From an uncultured Acidobacteriota bacterium (GTDB lineage Bacteria > Acidobacteriota > Vicinamibacteria > Vicinamibacterales > UBA2999): a DNA stretch of 64,000 nt. The stretch is taken from NCBI GenBank assembly GCA_902826065.1, contig CADEDM010000002.1:2829-66828 (forward strand). The letters run 5' to 3'. Made by a program: the position numbers and the translations under genes. Below are positions 57,598 to 64,000 of this stretch, piece after piece (position 1 is the stretch's first letter; each line of letters opens with the position of its first letter). Below the pieces are notes generated by a model. The model was not told where the DNA came from and searched no databases. It saw nothing but the letters and a program-made list of their open reading frames with translations.

Positions 57598-58233
57598 CTA
57601 CTGCAGGTGAATGATGCCGCGGCGCAGCGCCACGGTCACGGCCGCACTGCGGTCGTTCACCTTCAGCTTCGTGAGGATGTTGCGCACGTGCACGTGGGCG
57701 GTCTCCTCGCTGATGCCCAGCGCCGCGCCCACTTCCTTGTTGCGCATGCCCTGCGCCACCAGCGCCATCACCTGGACCTCGCGAGGCGTCAGCGTCGGCC
57801 CGCTGGCCCTGGCCGCCAGCTGCGCCGCGACCTCCGGCCGCACCGGGTGGCCTCCGGCATGGACTTCACGCACGACGCGGACCAGGTCGTCCGACAGCAT
57901 GTCCTTCAGCAGGTAGGTCGTCGCGCCGGCCTCGATCGCCCGGAAGATGTCCTCGTCGCCCTGATACATCGTCAGCACGACGATACGGGCCGCCGGGTCG
58001 AGTTTGTGAATCTCGCGGATGGCCTCGACGCCGTTCATCGATCCGAGCTGCAGGTCCATCAGCGTGATGTCCGGCCGCAGGTTGCGATACTGCTCGATGG
58101 CGGTCTCGCCGGACGAGGCGACGCCGACGACCTCCATGTCGGCCTGCCGGCCGATGATGAGCGAGATGCCGTCGCGAACGATGCGGTGATCGTCGACGCA
58201 GAGGACGCGGATGGTCTGGGGACGTGGAGGCAT
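57598..58233 (-). CDS. NarL/FixJ-family response regulator
   Basis: IRVLCVDDHRIVRDG and ITLMDLQLGSMNG form the receiver. The HTH is LTPREVQVMALVAQGMRNKEVGAALGISEETAHVHVRNILTKL. Confidence 0.92.
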   Translation of the reverse strand: MPPRPQTIRVLCVDDHRIVRDGISLIIGRQADMEVVGVASSGETAIEQYRNLRPDITLMDLQLGSMNGVEAIREIHKLDPAARIVVLTMYQGDEDIFRAIEAGATTYLLKDMLSDDLVRVVREVHAGGHPVRPEVAAQLAARASGPTLTPREVQVMALVAQGMRNKEVGAALGISEETAHVHVRNILTKLKVNDRSAAVTVALRRGIIHLQ

Positions 58234-58238
58234 GAGCT

Positions 58239-61200
58239 TCAGGCGGCGACGGGCACGCTGGCGCGGATGTGGGTGCCCTGGTTGGGGTGACTGGTGATGA
58301 CGAGCGAGGCGCCGATTTCCTCGGCGCGCTCGCGCATGCTGATGAGGCCGTAGTGGTCGGCGGAGGTCTCCACCGCCACGTGATGGTCGAAGCCGCAGCC
58401 GTCGTCGGAGACCTGCAGCGTGATGTCGGCCTGGGTGTAGGAGAGATCGACGCGGATGGTGCCAGGCCGGGCGTGCCTGACGGCGTTGTTGATGGCTTCC
58501 TGCCCGATGCGCAGCAACTCGCCTTCGACCGTGCTCGAGCAGGGCCGCGGGTCGCCGTCGACCTCGAACTCGAAGCGAATCCCCTGATCGGCGGTGGCGT
58601 GTTCGCCCACGGTGCGAAGCGCCGTCATCAGGTCACCGCGACGCAGGCGTTGGGAGCGCAGTTCGAAGATCGCATGCCTGGCCTCGCGGATGTATTCCTC
58701 GACCTGCTTGCGCATCCGGACGAAGCTGCGGCGCATCCCGGGCGCATTCACTTCGACGTCGGCGGCGATGGCGTCGAACTGCAGCGCGACCCCCACGAGG
58801 CCCTGGAGCAGCGTGTCGTGCAGTTCGCGGCTGAGGCGGACCCGTTCGCCGAGCAGCAGCGCGAACTGGCGGCGGATCTGGCGTAGACGGAGCTGCCAGA
58901 CGGCCCACACGCTCAGCGCCAGCATGATGACCACACCCGTCGTGAACCAGGTGGTCTGGTAGAACATCGGGGCGATGGCAAAGGCGAAGGTGGCGTCACG
59001 ATCGAGCCACGAGCCGTCGGCCGCGCTCGCCTGGACGCGGAACGCAAAGTTGCGCGGCGGCAGGTTGGTGTAGAAGGCCGTGCGGCGCGTGCCGGCTTCG
59101 ACCCAGTCCGCGTCGAACCCGTCGAGCCGATAGCGGAAACGCGTGCGCTGCGGCGAGCTCAGGTTCAGCTCCGAGTAGCCAATCTCCAGTCGCGTGGTAC
59201 GGGCGGGCAGCGTCAACCCCATCACCGGCTCGAACGGCGTCTCGTCCGCGCGCACGAACTCGATGGCCATGGGCCGCCGGGTCGGCGCCTCGCGGAGCGC
59301 GCGGGGGTTGACGATGCTGAGGCCGCGCGACGTCACGAACCAGAGCCGCCCGTCGCCGGCGCGGACGACGCGACGATTGTTGTTGTAGGCGTGGGGAAGG
59401 CCCGCCAGGCCGTCCGACCGGTCATACGAGGTGTAGGGAATGTCCGCCGCCCGGCCGTCGGCGACGGCGTCGTAGTCGTCGCGTGACATCCGGAGCAGGC
59501 CGAAGCCGGTGCCGATCCACAGCGTGTGGACGTCGTCTTCGGTGACCGCCGTGAGGTCGCTGACGGGAAAGCCGTGATCGGAACGCACGGTGACGAACCG
59601 GCCGCCGGCGAACTTGCTGAGTCCGCCGATCGCGGCCAGCCACAGGGCGCCCTCGTCGTCCTCGAAGATCTGCCGCACGGTGCCGGCGCCCAGGCCATCC
59701 GCCGGACCGTAGAACGTGAATGCGCCGGTGCGATCGCGGATGGCGACCCGGCCGTCGGCCAGGGCGGCCCAGAGACGGCCACCCCGATCGGTGTGCAGCA
59801 CCTTGATGCGGGCGCCGCCCAGCGCTGGCGGCAAAGCGATGGGCGTGAGCGCGCCTCGACTCCACCGCAGGAGGCGTTCGGCCTGGTCGTAGATCCAGAC
59901 CCCCCCCGCCAAGTCCGAGGCGATCAAGTCGACGACATGCATGCGCGGTATCGGCAGCGGCACCGGAGTGGTCGTTCCGGCCGCCATTCGCGCGAAGTAC
60001 CGATCGGTCGCGATCCAGATCGCGCCGCGCTCATCGGCGTACATCGTCCTGAGCCTGGCGCCGGCGAGGGACACGCGGGTCGGGGCGGACTCGTCGCCGC
60101 CGGACACGTAGCGCATCAGGCTCTCGTCGGTGGCGACCCACACGCTCCGGTCGGGGGTGATCTCGATGCCCGCCACCAGTCCTTGATCGGTGAGCTGGCT
60201 GACGCGGCGTGGCGTGAGGCGATTGAGACCCTCGGTGGTGCCGGCCCAGATGTTGCCGTCGCGGTCTTCGAGCAGGGCCCCGACGCCGTCGCTCAGCAGG
60301 CCCGTGAGCGAGCTGGCGCGATCCGTCTGGAACCCTCCGGCTGGTCGCGGACGCACCCTCCACAGGCCTTGACCGATGGTCCCGATCCACAGGTTCTGCT
60401 GGCGATCCACGAGCAGCCGGTAGCCCCGACCCCGTTCGGCGAGCTCGAAGCGCGCCGGCGCGACGCCGCCGACGGCGTGATAGCCCGCGGTCCAGTCGTT
60501 GACGAGCACGCGGCCGGTCGGGTCCTCGACGAACGACCGCGGAAAACCGCCCACGATGGCCGGGACCCGGCCCGACGCGTCTTCGGTGAAGCTGCGTTGG
60601 AACCGGCCGACGAGGCCGGCCTCGGTCGGCTCTTCGGTGTCGGCATCGATGGTCTCGATGCGGGTGAAGATCGTGCCGCGCGGCTCGCGGCGCAGGATGC
60701 CGGTGGCCGTGCCGACGAAGAAGCGGCCGGCGCGATCGACGAACGTGCTGTAGACCGCGGCTTCCGGCAGGCCGGCGTCAGCGCCGACGTGATGCCAGCG
60801 GCCGTCGCGGAAGCTGAAGAGGCCCTTTTCGCCGCCGGCCCAGATGGTGCCGTCGAGGTCCTCGGAGATGGTCATGAATGCGGCGCCGGGCACACCGTCG
60901 TCGGCGCTGTAGGTGCGCGTCTGCTCGGCGAGGATGCGCGCGATGCCGCCGGTGTTGCCGTAGCCCACCCACACGCTGCCGTCGGTGGCGACGAACAGGG
61001 CCCGCACCGGCTTGCGGCCGGCGTCGGCCGTGGGAGCGGAGCGCCACGGTGTGAACCGCACGCCGTCGAAGCGCTGCAGCCCGCCGTCGGACCCCACCCA
61101 GAGATAGCCGTCGTGGTCCTGCGCCAGCGCCCACACGTTACCGGGCGGCAGGCCCTCGCGCTGACTCCAGGAGGTGATCGTGTAGTCGGTGAGGACGTTC

Positions 61201-61292
61201 CGGAGATCGGCGGCGGTCGACCGCCGCGGCGCACCTGCAGCGAGACCGCAGCCGAGGGCGACGATCGCCAGCAGGGCCTTCGAGTTGTGCAC
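58239..61292 (-). CDS. Sensor histidine kinase with periplasmic beta-propeller repeats + Y_Y_Y-like region, TM, HisKA_3, HATPase
   Basis: The start is set to GTG 61292 (VHNSKALLAIVALGCGLAAG). The 108 upstream codons of the track ORF are Arg/Pro-rich. Propeller repeats include DGYLWVGSDGGLQRFDG and GALWLAAIGGLSKFAGGRF. H box LSRELHDTLLQGLVGV, with EAINNAVRHARPG and VSDDGCGF. Confidence 0.87.
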   Translation of the reverse strand: MHNSKALLAIVALGCGLAAGAPRRSTAADLRNVLTDYTITSWSQREGLPPGNVWALAQDHDGYLWVGSDGGLQRFDGVRFTPWRSAPTADAGRKPVRALFVATDGSVWVGYGNTGGIARILAEQTRTYSADDGVPGAAFMTISEDLDGTIWAGGEKGLFSFRDGRWHHVGADAGLPEAAVYSTFVDRAGRFFVGTATGILRREPRGTIFTRIETIDADTEEPTEAGLVGRFQRSFTEDASGRVPAIVGGFPRSFVEDPTGRVLVNDWTAGYHAVGGVAPARFELAERGRGYRLLVDRQQNLWIGTIGQGLWRVRPRPAGGFQTDRASSLTGLLSDGVGALLEDRDGNIWAGTTEGLNRLTPRRVSQLTDQGLVAGIEITPDRSVWVATDESLMRYVSGGDESAPTRVSLAGARLRTMYADERGAIWIATDRYFARMAAGTTTPVPLPIPRMHVVDLIASDLAGGVWIYDQAERLLRWSRGALTPIALPPALGGARIKVLHTDRGGRLWAALADGRVAIRDRTGAFTFYGPADGLGAGTVRQIFEDDEGALWLAAIGGLSKFAGGRFVTVRSDHGFPVSDLTAVTEDDVHTLWIGTGFGLLRMSRDDYDAVADGRAADIPYTSYDRSDGLAGLPHAYNNNRRVVRAGDGRLWFVTSRGLSIVNPRALREAPTRRPMAIEFVRADETPFEPVMGLTLPARTTRLEIGYSELNLSSPQRTRFRYRLDGFDADWVEAGTRRTAFYTNLPPRNFAFRVQASAADGSWLDRDATFAFAIAPMFYQTTWFTTGVVIMLALSVWAVWQLRLRQIRRQFALLLGERVRLSRELHDTLLQGLVGVALQFDAIAADVEVNAPGMRRSFVRMRKQVEEYIREARHAIFELRSQRLRRGDLMTALRTVGEHATADQGIRFEFEVDGDPRPCSSTVEGELLRIGQEAINNAVRHARPGTIRVDLSYTQADITLQVSDDGCGFDHHVAVETSADHYGLISMRERAEEIGASLVITSHPNQGTHIRASVPVAA

Positions 61293-61534
61293 AACCGTTC
61301 CGTCGAACGCGGGCACGGTATACCGCAGACCTGTCGCTGTCAATCGAGCTCGGTCGTGATTCCGTTTCAGGGAATGTCGCTGCAGCGTCGATAATGCGAC
61401 GCGAACCACGGCGCCCGGCTGCCGGAGGGGTGCGCTGCTGCGGCGATAGAATGAACGGCCCTTGAACGACGCCGGCGCACCGGGGCGGCACGGGCCGCGC
61501 GCGGCGGCCGTTCGCGCGGCCTGAGGGACCTCAC

Positions 61535-62827
61535 ATGAATCGTCGCGACTTCCTGAAGGCCGCGGGCACGAACAGCGCGGCGTTGGCCATCTCCGGGTCT
61601 GGCGCCGTCGGCGCAACCGGCCGCGGCCAGGCGCCCGCGATCCGGACCACCGCCGGCACCGGCATCACGGCCGATGTCGCCGTGATCGGCGCCGGCGTCT
61701 TCGGCGGCTGGACGGCGCTCTGTCTCCGCGAGATGGGGCATTCCGTCGTCCTCATCGACCAATACGGCCCCGGAAATTCGAAGTCGAGTTCGGGGGGTGA
61801 GGTGCGCGGCATGCGCGCGGCCTACGGCGACCGGGAGTACTACACGCGGTGGGCCATTGCGGCGATGGAGCAGTGGAAGATTCGCGAAGCCGAGTTCGGC
61901 ACGAAGCTCTACTTCGAGTCCGGCGTGCTGGGCGTGAGCCGCACCCAGCCGGCGCAGACGGTGCGCAGCATCTTCGACCGGCTGAAGTTCCCCTACGAGG
62001 TCCTCACGCGCGAGGAACTGACGAAGCGCTGGCCGCAGATCGCCACCGAGGACTCGGCGGAGGTCGTCGGCTTCTACCAGCCGCGCGGCGGCACGCTCAA
62101 GGCGCACGCGTCGTGCGTGGCCGTCGCCAGCGCGTTCCAGAAGAAGGGCGGCCGCTTCGTGCTCGCGAAGGCCTCGCTCGCGCCCACGTCGCAGGGCCGC
62201 CTGCAGCGCGTGCGCCTCTCGTCGGGCGAGACGGTCAGCGCCGGCACGTTCATTTTCGCGGCCGGTCCGTGGCTGTTGACGATGTTTCCGGAGCTGCTCG
62301 ACAGGAAGCTGCGGGTCGCCAAGAGCGGCCACGGCATGGTGGGCGTGCCGCCGGAGCTGAGTCGCGACTATTCGTATCCGGTGCTGCCGAACACCAACGC
62401 GATGCTGCCGAACGTCGACGGGCTGGGCCTCGCGGTCATGATGACGGTGGGCACGACCCCCGTGGATCCCGACACGCACGATCGGGTGCCCACGCCGGAG
62501 GCCAAGGCGGAGGTGCTGGCGCGCACGGCGCAATGGTTCCCCGCGTTGAAGGGCCAGCCGTTCATCAACGCCCACGTCTGCCAGCTCGATAGCACCGTGG
62601 ATGCCAACTTCATCGTCGACCGGCACCCCGGGTTCGACGACGTCTGGATCGCCGGCGGCGGGTCCGATCACGGATTCAAGTTCGGCCCGGTCACCGGCGA
62701 CTACGTGGCACACCGTGTCGTCGGGCGCGACACGCAGCCCGAGCTGGCGCCGATCTTCAGGATCAAGTCACAGACGTTCGACGTCACGGCCAGCCGCAAC
62801 CCGGCCGTGCCCGCCCTGATCGAGTAG
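61535..62827 (+). CDS. Tat-signal FAD-dependent oxidoreductase (DAO / sarcosine-oxidase-like family)
   Basis: MNRRDFLKAAGTNSAALAISG is a twin-arginine signal. The FAD Rossmann motif is DVAVIGAGVFGGWTALCLREMGHSVVLIDQ. GAGGGA RBS. Confidence 0.87.
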   Translation: MNRRDFLKAAGTNSAALAISGSGAVGATGRGQAPAIRTTAGTGITADVAVIGAGVFGGWTALCLREMGHSVVLIDQYGPGNSKSSSGGEVRGMRAAYGDREYYTRWAIAAMEQWKIREAEFGTKLYFESGVLGVSRTQPAQTVRSIFDRLKFPYEVLTREELTKRWPQIATEDSAEVVGFYQPRGGTLKAHASCVAVASAFQKKGGRFVLAKASLAPTSQGRLQRVRLSSGETVSAGTFIFAAGPWLLTMFPELLDRKLRVAKSGHGMVGVPPELSRDYSYPVLPNTNAMLPNVDGLGLAVMMTVGTTPVDPDTHDRVPTPEAKAEVLARTAQWFPALKGQPFINAHVCQLDSTVDANFIVDRHPGFDDVWIAGGGSDHGFKFGPVTGDYVAHRVVGRDTQPELAPIFRIKSQTFDVTASRNPAVPALIE

Positions 62828-62850
62828 ATCAGGGCGGCTTTGCCGACCGC

Positions 62851-64000
62851 TCACTCCGACCGGATCGCCGCCATCGGATCGATGGACGTGGCGCGCCGCG
62901 CCGCGGGAAGACCGGCGAGCACGGCGACGGTCACGGCAAGGATGGACGCGCCGGCATAGATCACCGGCTCCATGACGCCGAGCGGCTCGGGACCGACGCT
63001 GAGCGGCGTGCCCATCACGTCCTGCAGGGTGCGAATCAACACCGCGGCCAGCAGCAGGCCGCCCACGACGCCGGGAATCACGAGCGCGATCGTGTCCGAC
63101 AGCATCAGGGCGAAGACCCGGCGGCGTGTCGATCCCAGCGCCATGCGGACCGCGAACTCCCGCGTGCGCGTGGCCACCATGAACCCGACGACGCCGAGGA
63201 TACCCAGCGCCGCCACGACCAGCACGAGCGCACCTGCCACGCCAACGGCGGTGCCCTCGGCGACGAGATCCTCCTTGCTGATCGCATCGCGCTCCGGTCC
63301 GGTGATGATGCCGGGAAAGGCGACGCCGGGCAGGGCTTCGACGCCGAGGCCGCGGAGCGCGGTTTCGAGCGCCGCCGTCAGTCGCGGCTCGTCGCCCGGC
63401 TCGCCCCGCACGATCAGGTAGGCCGCCGCGCCGTTCGCGGTTGCCGTGGGAACGTCCGGCAGCGGCAGCAGGAGCTGCAGCCGCGTGGTGGTCAGCTGCG
63501 ACGACGCGAAGTCCCCGGTCACGCCGACAACGGTGAATTCCCGCTCTCGACCGTCGTCGAGTGCGACCGACAGACGCTCTCCGATGGGGTCGACGCGTGG
63601 AAAGAGCTGCCGGGCCAGGGCCTGGGAGATGACGGCGACCGCCGCCTCCATCAGGCGGTCGTCGGCCGTGATCGAGCGGCCGCGCAGCAGCCGCGTGCCC
63701 ACGGTCTCGAGGAAGTGCTCGCCGACGCGCGTGACGTGGGCCGTGGCGAACGCCCCCAGATCGCGGCGCGCGACGCGGAATTCCCGATAGTCGAAGTCGA
63801 GAGGCATCCCCTCGGCGACCGCCACTGCGCGCACGCCGGGCGCCTGCCTGAGACCGTCGACGGCCGACCGGATGTTCCCGCTGCCGTCCTGCCTGGCCGA
63901 CACGGGAACGCGCGCACCTGCCAAGCCGTCGATCGCGAATCCGTAGTCGGCCGTCCGCACGCGATCGATCATCACGCCGCTGATGACGAGGAACGGCAGC
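62851..64000 (-). CDS. FtsX-like ABC permease (MacB/ADOP-like), C-terminal part. The 5' end runs off the right window edge.
   Basis: The C-terminal 4-TM FtsX domain is FMVATRTREFAVRMALGSTRRRVFALMLSD...AARRATSIDPMAAIRSE. The frame stays open upstream of the track Met at 63975 (…LPFLVISGVMMIDR). Confidence 0.85.
   Translation of the reverse strand, partial: LPFLVISGVMIDRVRTADYGFAIDGLAGARVPVSARQDGSGNIRSAVDGLRQAPGVRAVAVAEGMPLDFDYREFRVARRDLGAFATAHVTRVGEHFLETVGTRLLRGRSITADDRLMEAAVAVISQALARQLFPRVDPIGERLSVALDDGREREFTVVGVTGDFASSQLTTTRLQLLLPLPDVPTATANGAAAYLIVRGEPGDEPRLTAALETALRGLGVEALPGVAFPGIITGPERDAISKEDLVAEGTAVGVAGALVLVVAALGILGVVGFMVATRTREFAVRMALGSTRRRVFALMLSDTIALVIPGVVGGLLLAAVLIRTLQDVMGTPLSVGPEPLGVMEPVIYAGASILAVTVAVLAGLPAARRATSIDPMAAIRSE

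Noticed and set aside
58239-61616. Full 1125-aa extent of the propeller kinase ORF
   Set aside because: The first 108 codons are Arg/Pro/Ser-rich and would run into the divergent promoter region and the 61535 gene start. GTG 61292 gives a normal signal or TM N-terminus, so I shortened the gene.

Overview
Very GC-rich bacterial chromosomal segment. The gene content suggests Acidobacteriota or a similar soil lineage (inference only): a TonB-dependent receptor with a CarboxypepD_reg N-terminus, an FtsX/ADOP-like permease, and many exported oxidoreductases and peptidases. I resolve 48 protein-coding genes. Most of the other long ORFs in the six-frame track are Arg/Pro/Gly/Ala-rich shadow frames of these genes. 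I saw no rRNA, tRNA, CRISPR, transposase, integrase, phage or recognisable defence genes. Layout: (1) 1-4.7 kb holds a propeller-type sensor (edge-truncated and missing from the ORF track), a FixJ-like regulator and a CusRS-like two-component pair. (2) 4.7-11.6 kb holds a GT2 glycosyltransferase and a czcCBA-type heavy-metal RND efflux operon. (3) 11.9-31.6 kb is a dense signalling island. It contains a CHASE3 hybrid kinase-CheR-CheB-REC/kinase operon with no MCP, CheA or CheW. It also contains a translationally coupled operon with one intact and one degenerate HD-GYP regulator. A REC-TonB receptor-YfiR(DUF4154)-CHASE8 kinase operon completes it, and I consider this the best candidate for an uncharacterised system. 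(4) 31.6-57.6 kb is a catabolic and transport region. It holds two copies of a module pairing a Tat-signal UxuA-like TIM-barrel protein with an exported dehydrogenase (FAD or PQQ). It also holds a GalB/GalC-like hydratase-aldolase pair with an MFS transporter and a LysR regulator. A CoA-transferase, a NitT/TauT-type ABC importer, two 2-hydroxyacid-dehydrogenase-fold proteins, an enoyl-CoA hydratase and M20/M28 peptidases are also present. (5) 57.6-64 kb holds a NarL regulator with a propeller histidine kinase, a DAO-type flavoprotein and an edge-truncated FtsX permease. The strongest non-coding signal is a palindrome, ATACCC-N6-GG(G/T)TA(T/C/G). It occurs five times, always intergenic, and always exactly 22 nt upstream of a -10-like hexamer. 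That pattern defines a putative five-promoter regulon. A second AT-rich motif (TTGTAAATTCG) links two other divergent promoter regions. All functional calls rest on motifs I recognise by eye, and no database search was possible.
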